Source: Ginglymostoma cirratum (taxonomy: Eukaryota). From it: a DNA stretch of 64,000 nucleotides. Shown here piece after piece: positions 13,179 through 25,895 of the stretch (within the stretch, counting starts at the first letter, position 1; each line of letters starts with the position of its first letter). A program made the position numbers and the translations under genes. The notes below the pieces were generated by a model. That model was given only the letters and a program-made list of their open reading frames with translations. It was not told where the DNA came from and ran no database searches. The stretch is from assembly GCA_024137785.1 (NCBI GenBank), contig JAHRHZ010000107.1:248001-312000 (forward strand). Direction: 5' to 3'.

Positions 13179-13882
13179 TGAGATGTTATTGAGATAACAT
13201 TTCTATATTCTCTATACTTTAATGCTCTTTATCTGCTTACACAGAGGTATACAGAGGTATACAGACACTGCCTTAGAACTTCCTGCCTGACTAGAATTAG
13301 GTATAAACTTTGTAAATCTTTATCTTGCTGCCTAGGGCTATGTGGAAACTGTCTCAAATAAGATTAGGTGGGAAGCGTTTGTAAAGGTGTGAGACTTCTA
13401 AAATCCTGTAAAGTATGTAGCTTCTGTTTCTGCTAAAGGGGCCAGGGCACTGACTTTTGTTCAAGCCAGACACCTCGGCGGCTTGAAATTTCATTCTGTC
13501 ACTTCGGCAACTTGAAAGCGCCTCCTGTCGTTAGCAGTCACTTCGCGAACGATCAATACTGTATCCTGCTCTCTTTATGTTTTCGATGTGTAATTGTCTT
13601 TGTATCATGTCATTGTCCGATGCAGTGATTGTTTCGTGTGTCGTGCCATTGTGAGATGTAAAATTGCTTTATGTATAATGCACTCGATAAGGTATAAAAA
13701 GCGGGGACTGTCGGCTGCTCAGGAAGAATCGCTTACGACACTCTGCACTCTGTGCCGGGTTGAGTAGAGTGATCCTCCACGGCTTGTACTTGCTTTGTAA
13801 TAAAAGACTTGTGTTTTTCTAAACAGGTCAGTGCCTTGTTATTGCATCAAGTCCGTGAGGGTCTCCGAAAACGAACCTAATA
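13179..13882 (+). mobile_element. Solo LTR (~700 bp) in the IgNAR TM1-TM2 intron
   Basis: Starts TG; TATAAAAA at 13693; AATAAA at 13799; ~29-bp internal direct repeats at ~13471-13530; imperfect 4-bp TSD acag/aaag; interrupts the PLE terminal sequence atttacag|catc. Confidence 0.6.
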
Positions 13883-14662
13883 AAAGCATCACCAGTCCGT
13901 TGGTTTCAATGGTTGATGAACATGTTTTGTCTGAGAAATGAGGCATTCCTGCAGTCCAGCTGTACTCTCGGCAAGTAGGTCAAAAACTCATTTCACAACA
14001 CATTCGATTGAAATAGAGTAGTTGCTTCATAGTTTTTTTTTTATTTGAAAATGTCCAAGGAGCATGCAAAAGTCATATTGTAATTTTTAATTTTAATCTC
14101 TTGTATGTTAAACAGTCTCACAAAGACTTAGATAGGTTTTTCCAGGATTTCCAGCTCTAACTTTGGAAATTTGATATGCAATAGTGTAATTGTATATTCA
14201 TTATTGGATCTGACTTTTTGTAGAGTAATACCTGTATTATCATGACTGCCTTATATGATGCAGGGTGAGCTGCTACATTTTTTTTCATGAGCAGCCTCTG
14301 AAACATGTTATCCTCCAGCACTACTGAAACCACAATCACTTTGTCAACTGCACCCATAGTTTTCATTGAAGCAATTTCAAGTAACAGGGCAATTGTAGGA
14401 TGATGATGTAGAGTGAATCGGGGCTCCATTCATCTTTCTGCAAATCCAATTTGCTCCTTGTCCTTTTCGTATTTGAAGAAATACTTAACCAGTCGGATGC
14501 TGCCTGAGCATGGTCTGTTGCCAATCATTTCCAGACCATAAACTGTACCGCCTTATTTCACAATTACAGTAAACCAATTGTTTTTTTTTGTGTGTGTTCT
14601 TCAGAATATTCGGTGTTTTTATACATCTTACTCTGATAATCTTTGGGATTTTTCCCCTGCAG

Positions 14663-14671
14663 GTGAACTGA
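14663..14671 (+). CDS. IgNAR: IgNAR TM exon 2 (cytoplasmic tail VN-stop), followed by 3' UTR
   Basis: Strong acceptor tttttcccctgcag|GTG AAC TGA gives a K-V-N tail after TM1, as in short IgH cytoplasmic tails. AATAAA at 14962-14967. Confidence 0.7.
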   Translation: MN

Positions 14672-14961
14672 CGAAAACTGTTGAAGACGATTACTTCCCA
14701 TTTCATGGAAAGTTTGTGAATGAAGCTCCATCATATGCGGATCACAAATGGTGTTGAGTTGACTTTCCCTCTCAACCGCTGCGGCTGCTTTACAACATTA
14801 CTTCAGCTTGTATTCCTATGCAGTCTCAACTAAGCTATGAAAACTGTTTGGACCGTTTCAACGTTTAGAGTTTGCCTTTACTTTTTTCTTTGTTACACGT
14901 TGCTGTAAGATAAATTTCATGTAACTGCTACAAACTAAGGAAATCCCACTTCACGAATTAA

Positions 14962-14967
14962 AATAAA
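14962..14967 (+). promoter_or_regulatory. Putative poly(A) signal of the IgNAR membrane-form transcript
   Basis: AATAAA about 290 nt after the TM2 stop. Confidence 0.45.
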
Positions 14968-15600
14968 CTGAAGAAAAATTTTGAAAAGTTGCCATGATTC
15001 AGCAATATCTTGAAAGAAGGGAAGTGTATGTTATGTCACACGCTTTTTAGAGAAATGTTCAAGATGTCTTTGAGAATAGTAACCAGAGAAACCTTCCTAT
15101 CTGATCCAGGAGGCATGAAACGAAGGATATAACTCTTCCCAAATAACATTGGAAAGGTAAAAGCTGACTTATTTCATAAAAGATCCAGTCATTGCTATAA
15201 TAATAAAGTGTATTGCAATATCCAAAAATAGCGGTTCAAATGCTTGGAAACGAAACTAAAAGTGCAAACATTAATTTTGTAACTGATGTTATTAATAATC
15301 TAACTGCATGAGCTGATGATTTCCTCTCTTCACGATTTTTATTTGCCAAACATTCAGGCTATCAGATCTGAACGTGAGTAATAGTTTCGTTTCCTACACC
15401 GAACACAGGAAATGTTTGAGAATATCACTATATACAGAACACAAAGAACACTTAATACAATGTCATCCCCCCTCTAATGTGGATAACAGAACTGCACAGC
15501 GTACTCTGGTTGTGTTCCAGCCAATACATTGTACAGTTCTAGCATATTCCCCTAGCTCTTAAAGTCTATGCTTTGGGGATTTTTTTTTTCCACTAGAGTG

Positions 15601-16850
15601 TAAGAACAAAGAACAAAGAAAATTACAGCACAGGAACAGGCCCTTCGGCCCTCCAAGCCTGTGCCGATCAAGATCCTCTATCTAAACCTGTCACCTATTT
15701 TCCAAGGATTTGTATCCCTCAGCTACCTGCACACTCATGTATCTGTGTAGATACATCTTAAATGATGCTATGGTGCCCGCCTCGACCACCTCCGCTGGCA
15801 ACACATTCCAGACACCCACCACCCTCTGTGTAAAGAACTTTCCATGGATATCTCCCTTAAACTTTTCCCCTCTCACCTTGAAATCGTGACCCCTAGTAAT
15901 TGAGTCCCCCACTCTGGGAAAGAGCTTCGTGGTATCCACCCTGTCTATACCTCTCATGACTTTGTAAACCTCAATCAGGTCTCCCCTCAACCTCCATCTT
16001 TCTAATGTAAATGATCCTAATCTACTCAACCTCTCTTCATAGCTAACGCCCTTCATACCAGGCAACATCCTGGTGAACCTCCTCTGCACCCTCTCCAAAG
16101 CATCCACATCCTTTTGGTAACGCTGCGACCAGAACTGTACGCAGTATTCCAAATGTGGTCGAACCAAAGTCCTAAACAACTGTAACATGACCTGCCAACT
16201 CTTGTACTCAATACCCCGTCCAGTGAATGAAAGCATGCCGTATGTCTTCTTGACCATTCTATCGACCTGTGTTGCCACCTTCAGGATACAATGGACCTGA
16301 ACGCCCAGATCTTTCTGTGCACGAATTTTCCCCAGGGCTTTTCCATTTACTGTATAGTTCGCTCTTGAATTGGATCTTATAAAATGCATCACCTCGCATT
16401 TGCCTGGATAGAACTCCATCTGCCATTTCTCCGCCCAACTCTCCAATCTATCTATATTCCTCTTCATTCTCCGACCGTCCCCTTCACTATCTGCTACTCC
16501 ACTAATCTTAGTGTCATCTGCAAACTTGCTAATCGGACCATCTATACCTTCCTCCAGATCATTTATGTACATCATTTATGTAAACGACAGTGGTCCCAAC
16601 ACGGATCCCTGTGGAACACCACGGGTCACAGTTCTCTATTTTGAGAAACTCCCTTCCACTACAACTCTTTGTCTCCTGTTGCCCAGCCAGTTCTCTATCC
16701 ATCAAGCTAGTACACCCTGGACCCCAAACGACTTCAATTTCTGCATCAGTCTACCATGGGGAACCTGATCAAATGCCTTACCGAAGTCCATGTCTATGAC
16801 ATCTATAGCCCTTCCCTCATCTATCAACTTTGTCATTTCCTCAAAGAATT
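15601..16850 (-). mobile_element. Young 5'-truncated CR1 LINE, with 294-aa RT C-terminal ORF (15691-16575)
   Basis: YINDL, KFADDTK, RPHLEYCVQFWS motifs; 3' microsatellite tail (aagaaca)n on +; inserted into an older + strand CR1. Confidence 0.95.
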
Positions 16851-16854
16851 CTAT

Positions 16855-17255
16855 AAAGTGGGTAAAACTTTGAGGCGTGACCTTATTGGGGTTTATAAAA
16901 TCATCAGGGATATAGATAAGGGAAATGGCAAGTGCATTTTCCCTAGGGTGGGGGATTTCAAGACTAGGGCTCATATTTTTAAGGTGACAGACGAAAGATT
17001 AAAAAATACATGACGGTAATCTTTCTACACAGAGTGTGGTTCATTTGTGAATAAACTTCCAGAGCAAGTGCAGGATGTGAGTATGGTTATATTGTTTAAA
17101 AGACATTTGAATAGGCACACGAACAAAAAAAAAAGTTGCAGGGATACAGGCCAAGCGCAAGCAGATGGGACTAGTTTAGTTTGGGATTATGGGCAGCATG
17201 GACTGGTTGGACAGAATGGGTATGTTTCCTATGGGTATGACTCCCTGACTGTATG
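16855..17255 (+). mobile_element. CR1 3' fragment (its left part lies at ~15572-15600)
   Basis: LRRDLIGVYKIIRDIDK...FPRVG; continues the GLFSLE-like sequence left of the 15601 insertion. Confidence 0.8.
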
Positions 17256-18901
17256 TGTTTAACATCTATTTTTATTCCATATTGGCACAGTCTTAGGGTT
17301 TTACATTCTTCTGAAAATCTAATGGAAACTGTATATTGCTATTACTACATGTAACCACACTTAAATTTTGAAAAAAGTTGCAAATAAGGTTCCTTGTTTC
17401 AACCCATAGTTACAAATTCTCCGGAAATTTGTTGTGAGGGCCGGTTGCCCCAAAGAAAGTTCTCTAAGCAACATTTTCCAACGTATTATGAAATGATTCA
17501 TTGTTTCTCAACAAACAAAATCAAAGCAAAGACACAACTGCACCAGCTATTGCATAACATCACAGCACCCCCACATTTAAATTAAGGATTTCTCTGCTGT
17601 TTATTTAGCTGCAAACCTTCCGAGTTACAACGAATAGTGATTGATAATCATATAAGAGCGTAAATTTGGTTTGGAATGAGTCAGGGATTTATTCTTCATA
17701 TGAACGGATCATTCAACCACTAATACCATCTTTGCCATTACAAAGCACCTGTTTGCTCAGTACCTTCACTCTCGTCCCATGTATATTTCCGAGTCTTTCA
17801 ATTAACTTTATTGACAAGATTAATTCCTGTGATTTATCCAGAAAATTAAGTGTCAAAAACAGTGGAAACATTATCTAAATTCCTCAACCTGTGGAAATAT
17901 AGTGTTGTCATCTATAGATTTTAAGCATTTGTTTGCCTTCAATTTTAGTGTCGTATTCTTATTTAGTTATTTCCTTTAAACTATGTCTACACGGAAGTGT
18001 GAAAAGCAATTGTTACTATTCACATCTTGTTGTCATGTTTTGCTGAACATCTTGGCCTTAAATTTAACAGGCGTTTTCCGAATGCAATTTAATTCAGTTC
18101 GTCAATGATATACCTGTATTCGCCTCATTAGTGGCGTTCAATGAGCAAATAAAATCAAATAAATCATTTTTTAATCCGGTAACATGCGTTCAGAGACCTG
18201 TTTGTTTACTATTGATGTTTAAGACGTAAGAGCTGTCAAATTGAATCTCAACTCATTTCTTCGAGGTGGCCAGCATTCACATTATCAACTTTTATTACCC
18301 ATCTACAAATCCCCCTTGACTAGATGATCCTAGTCGTTTTACTTCATGTACTAAAATATATGTCATGTCGGGACCACAAAAAGCTGTCTGCTCGGATGTC
18401 AGGATCGTTAGTGAATTGAAGGGGAACTTGTAACCACTCGTGATCCAGTGCATTGGATGACTTTTCACTCCACATAATAGAGCAACATGGTTCGGAATTC
18501 ATCCTAGAACAAAGAAGATACGTAGAAAGCCACTGAATTGGTGTCACGGATTTTCACCGCCAGCAGTATCCAGTCTTCTGTTCTTCATTCTTCATGAAAT
18601 AATGAAATCATTATATCCATCTGTATTGAAATAGAAGCTTCTATTCTGTAATAAATGAATCAGTTATTCAAGAATAATTAGCTGATCTTGATGCCATGAT
18701 AATGGATATTATGTATCGTATTGAATTAACTTTTATATCTTTTATGAGTGCATTCGGGATTATTGCCGAGAGAAGGCAATGGTTTGAAATTCTGCAGTGG
18801 GTAATTCCTGACTCCCGAATGCCCAAGGGACTGGTCAATAAAACTATCATTTAAACAACCTGATAAGATGTCATCTCAAAATATTATTGCAATTGGACAC
18901 A

Positions 18902-19532
18902 CGTGACAATGCTATCATTTTAAGAATTTTTTTTCCCCTTTTTGTTTTGAGGAGAGGTTGTAAGGCAGAGATGAAAAGCTGGCTAATGAAGACCTCTTCA
19001 GTAAACAGCTTGGGAGACCTTGGGTTATTTTTAACAGCCTGAACGAGTGTGGCCAGCTTTCACAGATCCAGATTTCTGGGTTTTCAATTTTTTCAGTAAT
19101 ATCAGAAGATGTTGAGGTGTTAACAGAGTTAGAAGCTTCAGTGAATGTCTCTTGGCTGCTAGTCTCTCTGAATCCTCTTTTCATATATTTTACCTCCTGG
19201 ATTGGAGAACTGCATTTGAGACTCTGTATCTGAATTTTACTTTTTTTCCAAGGAGTGTGTTTATGGGATGTTGGAACAGTAAATTAGTAATAGTTACTGC
19301 ATATATTATTCAATTAAGTATCCAAACTGTTAAGTTATTCTAAATTCCACTTTCCTCGGTTGTATTTTAACTATAGTATTTGAATAAATTATGTTTTGCT
19401 TAACGTCAAATAGCTTAACTGGTCGTATTGCATCTGAAACACTTTACATTCGGCTTTAAAATAAGAAAAAGTTGGGGTCTATTCTATCTTCTTGAAATAT
19501 GTTGGGGGGGGGTTCTCAGCAGGTACATAACA
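18902..19532 (+). repeat. 5' LTR of the Gmr1-like element
   Basis: Colinear with 25260-25895; ends ...cataaca before the PBS. Confidence 0.88.
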
Positions 19533-20802
19533 AATTGAGGGCTCTTAGCAGGATCAAATTCTTTAATTCCAAATTAGGTTTAGGACTCAAAAGCTTCGAG
19601 TGCTAATTTTTGGTGACTTTTATTTCAGGTGCTGACTTCGTATGGTGTTAACAGGATATGTGTTGTGTAGTAATGGCTCATTCGGTCACTAAGAGTTTCC
19701 TGGGGGGTGGAAGAAATGCCTTCAGGGGTTTTAAAAATGTGAGCAAGGCAAAGATTTCGGAATTGGTAGACAAGGTGGAGTTGGTCTTGCCTGGGACTGC
19801 AAAGAAAGCAGAAACGGGTATGTTCGTTGTGCAGTGCTTAAAAATGTTGGAAATGCCATGGTAATTTTTGGAGATGTCTAAAATTCAAATGCAAAAGGAG
19901 CAGGTTGAATTAGAAGCAAAAGAAAAGGGAAGAATAGCGCTGGCAGAACGCAAAAAAATGTGAAAAGGAACGAAATAGTTTGAATTGCGATTAAAAGCAG
20001 AGCTAAAAGACAAGGAGAGGGTGGCCCTAGCTGAAGAAAGAGGGAAAGAGGGAGAAGAAAAACAGAAAGAGAAAGAGTTTGAACTTCAGCAGTTGGCAAT
20101 TAGAGCGGAAAGTTGACATAAAAGGGTGACAGTGGAGGCGTAAGGTAACCTTAGTGAGGAGATTAGTGATGATGAACAAACCCATTGTAGCCAGAGGCTT
20201 TGTGGGGATATGTTTAAATATATCAAATCATTGTCTGATTTCGACGAGAAGGATGCAGAAGCCGTTTTCATTTCATTTGAGAAGTGGTTAAACAAATGAA
20301 ATGGCCGGTGATCCAAACAAAGTTGGGAGGTAGAGCCAGCAAGGTATTTACGACACTATCATAGGAGGTATTTAGGGAATATGAGGAGGCGATGAAAGCA
20401 ATTTTAAGTGTATGTGAGCTAGTGTCAGAAGCTTACAGATAAAGTTTCAGTAATCTAAGGAGGGACCCTGGTCAAAGCTACGTTGAGTTTGAAAGAATCA
20501 AACAAAGCAATTTTAATAGGCGCATACGGGCATTGAAAATAGTTCAATGTTTAAAGAGTTTAAGGGAGACTATTATTTTGGAGGAGTTCAAAAATTCACT
20601 TCCAGAATCAGTGAGAACTCATGTGGTAGATTAGAGAGTTAAAACTGCAAGATTAGCAGCTGAAATGCCATATAATTATGAGTTGGTTCATAAATCAAAG
20701 TGTAGCTTCAGATATCAATGTCAATCTGTGAGGGATAGAAATTGGTAAAAAGAGAAATCCTCAGCTGCTAAGGGAAAGGAAGATTTTACAGAAGATAATA
20801 AA

Positions 20803-21788
20803 TAATAGATGATTTGGAGTTGGGGACTAAGTGTGGTGTGTCAAAATTTTGCAGATGACACGAAGGTGAGTGGTAGAGCAAAGAGCGCAGAGGACACTGA
20901 AAGTCTGCAGAGGGATATAGATAGTCTAAATGAGTGGGCAAAGGACTGGCAGATGGAATACAATGTTGATAAGTGTGAGGTCATCCATTTTGGTAGGAAT
21001 AACAGGAAAATGGACTATGTTTTAAATGGTAAAAAATTGCAGCACTTTGCTGTGCAGAGGGACTTGGGTGTCCTTGTGCATGAATTGCTAAAAGTAGGAT
21101 TGCAGGTTCAGCAGGTAATTAAAAAGGCAAATGGAATTTTGTCTGTCATTGCTGGAGGGATGGAGTTTAAAAACAGGGAGGCGATGCTGCACCTGTATAG
21201 AGGCCTGGTGAGGCCACACCTGGAGTACTGTGTGCAGTTTTGGTCTCCTTACTTGAGAGGAGATATACTAGCTTTGGAGGGGATGCAGAGGAGATTCACT
21301 CGGTTGATTCCAGAGCTAAGAGGGTTGGATTATGAGGAGGGACTGAGTAGACTGGGATTCTACACATTGGAATTCGGAAGCATGAGGGGAAATCTTATAA
21401 AAACATATAAAATTATGAAGGGAATAGATGAGGTGGAGGCAGGGAGGTTGGTTCCGCGAGCAGGTGAAACTAGGATTAGAGGGCATCATCTCAAAATAAA
21501 GGGAAGCAGATGTAGGACTGAGGTCAGGAGGAACTTCTTCACCCAAAGGGTTGTGAATCTTTGGAATTCCCTGCCCAGTGAAACAGTTGAAGCTACCTCG
21601 CTGAACGTTTTAAGTCAAGGCTAGATAAATTTTTGAACAGTAAAGGAATTAAGGGTAATGGTGAGTGGGCGGGTAAGTGGAGCTGAGTCTCAAAAAGATT
21701 AGCCATGAACTTATTAAATGGTGGGGCGGAGTCGAGGGGCCAGATGGCCTACTCCTGCTCCTAATTCTTGTGTTCTTATGTTCTTATG
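20803..21788 (+). mobile_element. CR1 LINE nested in the Gypsy gag
   Basis: ORF 20809-21624 (FADDTK, RPHLEYCVQFWSP), (ttcttatg)n tail, TSD taataaa at 20796-20802 / 21789-21795. Confidence 0.93.
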
Positions 21789-24700
21789 TAATAAACGTAG
21801 CTTACCACAGGGTAAAAAGAAACCGATGAGGGAGAAAGAGAAGTTAAGAAAAAAACCTCAGCTGTTTTCACTGCAATAAAGTAAGCCACAGCAAGTTGCA
21901 GTGTTGGTGGTTTAGCATAAGCATTCAGAAGACGGATGTCGTGAAATAGGTTTATCGAGTGAATTTTGTTGAAATGATGAAGTAAAGCACAGTGGCAGCT
22001 AAAACGCTAAACCAGATTGTAAAACCTGGTGAGGAATTGTTTGAAAGAAAGCCCCAGATCTTCTTAAACTAGTCACTTGCGAGGGTGAGGTTCACTCACA
22101 TATACCAGGAGGAGCAGCTAAATAGATTGCAATTTACAGAGATGCGGGCGAATGTCAATCTTTGATGTTGAGAGATGAGGATATACGCAATTCAGAAAGG
22201 CTATTGCCAGAAAATTTAGTAATATATGGAATTCATGATCAGGCAAGGAGTGCTCCATTAAGTAAAGTGATGTTGAAGTGTCCGCTGAATTGTGGAGAAG
22301 TGGTGGCAGGAGAACTGGAGGAACTCTTGGCTCTAGGAGTACAATTTGTCCTCAGTGATGATATAGCTGGATCACAAATGAGAGTGCTGCCTACCTTGGT
22401 TGAAAAGCCAGTAGAAAATCAGGCACCTGAGGTATTACAAGACGTGTATTTTGGGATTTGCCTTACTGTTAGATAACAAGGCCACAAAGTCAATAGTTGA
22501 GACAAGAGGAGAAATCAAAGAACACAATAAGGAAGTTGACGTAAAATTAATCAGAAACAATGTTTGATCAAATGGTTGAGACAAAAAAAGCAAGAACAGT
22601 TGGAGTCCAAAGTGGATATTTCTAGTTCAGGGAAATTAACTTACAACAGAAAGATTAAAAACTGAAGCAGTTGTATGAAAAGGTGTACACAGAAGAATTT
22701 GAGCGCATCCCAGAACTGTTACTGTCTTAAAAATTAGGTCTACATGAGAAAATGATGACCATCACATATTCATGCCGATGAGAAATGGACAGAAGTTCAT
22801 CAAGTTGTGTTACTGATGGTTTGTAAAAAAAGAAGGTGTAGTGTGTAGCATATGAATTACTAGTAGCAGGTTACTTGGGAGTAAACAAAACTCAAGCCAG
22901 AAAACAAAAACATTTTTACTGAACTGGATTGCCGAAGAATGCAGTTAAATTTTGCCAGACATGCCATACGTGTCATGTAATTGGGAAAGCTCAGGCAGTG
23001 AAAACACCAGCACTTTAAATACACATTACATCATTTGAGGACATTTTTAGAGTGGTCTTAATTGATTGTGTAGGACCTTTACGCAAAACAAAAATAGGGA
23101 ATGATATTTGTAGATATATCCATTGGATTTCCATAGACCATTCCGTTATATGTAATGTCACAACTAAAAGGATTGTAGTAAAGTTACTCAAATTTTTCAG
23201 TCGATACGGACTACCCAAAGAGACACAATCATATCAAGGGTCAAATTTTACATCAAAATTATACATCAAAGTTATGGGCTAGATTAGGAATAAAACAATT
23301 CAAATGCCCTGTGTACCATCCAGAATCGCAGAGAGCGTTAGAACGGCGGCATCAAATTTTAAACAGTGTTAAGGCCTTATAGTCAAGACTATCCCAGGAT
23401 TGGTACAAAGAAATTCCATTTGTACGTTTTGCAATTAGAAGTGCACCAATTAAATCTACTAAATTCAGTCCATTTGAATTCATTCTTGCCATGAAGTGAG
23501 AGCAACACTGAAATTAATTAAAAAGAAATTCTCAGGGTTCAGAGGCAATATATATGGATTATGTGTCAAATATTACAGAACGATTGCATAGAGTAGGTGA
23601 GTCGCCTAGACTGCATTTCAAAGTAGCGCAACACGCAATGAAACAGGAAGCAAACAAGAAATCAAAAATTGGTAATTTTGCTGGTGGATTTAAAATGTTA
23701 TTGTTACTTCCAGTGATAGTAAGGTTTAGTGGACATTATCAAATCGAAAGGAGATTGAGTGAGGTGAATTATTTGATACCAACGCCAGGTAGAAAGAAAT
23801 ATCACACAGTGAACCATGTGAATATGCTCAAAAGCTATTGTGATATAGAAGGAAAGCAAGAGGAGAATCTTTCACAGGTTACAAAAGAGAGCGAACAACC
23901 AAGTTCAGAGGATTCAAATTAAATTGGAAAAGGTTCTCTAAAATTGGGAGAAATTATTGTGGAGTTCACCCACAGCTTTGGTGCTAAAGCACGATATTCC
24001 AAGACTTGTACGTGCACTATCGCAAAGTCAGTGCAGTTATAAAGTGTGATTAATATTCTATTACACGTGTGGAAGACTGTATTGAGAAGGCCGAACAAGT
24101 AATGTATATTTCTAAGTTGGATTTACTCAGAGGATACTAGCAGAGGATCAGAGGATACCTTTATCCAAAAGGTTTGAAAGGAGCTTTGGTTTTCGTGAGT
24201 CTGAATGGTCTCTACCAATTTAGTATGAAAAATGTGCCAGCTACATTTCAAAGACTAACTAATAAAGTCATTTCTGGATTACTCAATTTTTTGGAGGACA
24301 CCAATAACGTGGTGATAACTAAGCACGCATGAACGTAACATTTCCCGCATCTATCAAATTGTTTTGTTTGCCCTCGGGAGGCAAGCTCAGTAATAAATCC
24401 GGCTAAGTGTGAATTCACAAAAGCCCATGTCACGTTCCTTGGTAATGTTATTGGATATGGACAGTCGGCTTCATGGGATGTGAAAACAAAGGTTATTGGG
24501 CAGTTTCCCATACTATCTACGAAGAGGGGTTTGCTGTGTTTTTGGGATTGAGAAGGTTTTGTCAAATGTTCATAACGAACTTTAGCAGTGTAGTTGCACC
24601 ATTGACTCACTTTGTGAAGAACTGCAGAAACTTTCCTTGGACGACAGACTGTCAGAAGTCATTTGACAGCCTGAAAACTGTGTTAACCATTGCCCCAGTG

Positions 24701-25259
24701 TAAACCACATCTAATTATGCAAAGCCATTCAAGGTGGCTTTCGATGCCAGTGACGTGGGTGTCAGTGCTATAGACTGACAAGAAGACGACGAGAAGACAG
24801 AAAGAAATTTTTTTTTGTGTATTTTTCCACAAAAATGAATACTCACCAACAGAAATATTCCATGATTAAGAAGGAAACCTTGAGCTTACTGTTGGCAAGA
24901 CAACGTTTCAACATTTATATATGAGACAACATATAGTGATCTTAATACATTGAAGTTTTTGGAGAAATTTAAAGTAAAAACTCCAGAATGTTTAGATTGA
25001 ACTTATTATTGCAGCCATTCAATTTGAAACTTATACATATGGCAGGACGATAAAATACAGCTGCTGATGCTTTGTCACGACTTTAATGAAGTGGTGTTGG
25101 GAATAAACAGACTGGAATGGATTATAGTAGTGAATTTTTGCATGCTTTGAGTCAATGTAATGTGTATGTATTGCAGTGTACTAAAGAGTAAGACTAAGAG
25201 TTTTAAAAATGAAGCTATCTTTGTATATTAAGGGTTCTTTTATTTTCTAAGGGGGCAGG

Positions 25260-25895
25260 TGTGACGATGCTGTCCCTTTAAGAAGTTATTTTGTCTTTTT
25301 TTTTCTATTGAAGAGAGGTTGTAAGAAGGACGTGCATAACTAGCTGCTGAAGACCCCTTCAGTAGTATTTCTGAAGCCTTGGGCTTTTACTTAACAGTCT
25401 CAACGTGCGTGGCCAGCTCTCACAAATCCAGATTGCTGGTTTTAGGTTTTTTTCAGTAACACCAGAAGATATTGGGGTCTCAAAAGAGCTGGAAGTTTCA
25501 ATGAATGTTTCTTAGCTGCTACTACCCGTGAGATTTCTCTTGATGATTTTCCTCCTGAATTGGAGAAGTGCATGCAAGAATCTGTGTCTGAATTTTTCTC
25601 TTTGCAAAGGGGTGTGCTTATGGGATGTCACTATATTTGGACAGTTAATTAGTCATAGTTTCTACACCTATTAATCTATCAAACTTCCAAACTGTTAAAT
25701 TATTCCAAATTCCTATTTCTTGTTTGCATTTTAACTACAGTGTTTAAATAAATTGTGTTTAGTTTAAAGTCGATTAGTTTGATCATTCGTGTTGCATCCA
25801 AGACACTTCAGGTTTGTCTTTAAAATAAGAAAATGTTCGGGTCCAGTCTACTTTCTTAAAATATTTTTTGAGTGGGTCAAATCTAGTCCATAATG
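25260..25895 (+). repeat. 3' LTR of the Gmr1-like element
   Basis: Begins tgtgacg after the PPT; colinear with the 5' LTR. Confidence 0.88.

Larger units (their letters stand above)
18902..25895 (+). mobile_element. Full-length decayed Gmr1-like Ty3/Gypsy LTR retrotransposon (gag-PR-IN-RT-RH)
   Basis: LTRs 18902-19532 and 25260-25895; TSD caca (18898-18901 / 25896-25899); tRNA-Pro-like PBS ttgagggctcttagcaggat at ~19535; PPT aagggggcagg before 25260; CFHCNKVSH knuckle ~21863; protease RDAG ~22138; integrase (CQTCHTC, LIDCVGPL, QGSNFTS, YHPES) at ~22850-23500 precedes RT (SKLDLLRGY, PATFQRL) at ~24060-24700 and RNase H (DASDVGV). Confidence 0.92.

Noticed and set aside
646-14660. Recombination signal sequences or further V/D/J/C segments downstream of C5
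   Set aside because: No convincing heptamer-spacer-nonamer pairs or additional Ig-domain exons found by eye; isolated cacagtg-like heptamers are expected by chance.
15000-15370. Possible TIR or multi-TM tail of the 17-26 kb LRR fossil (…SNDWIFYEISQ…)
   Set aside because: Similarity too weak and ambiguous to assign without a profile search.
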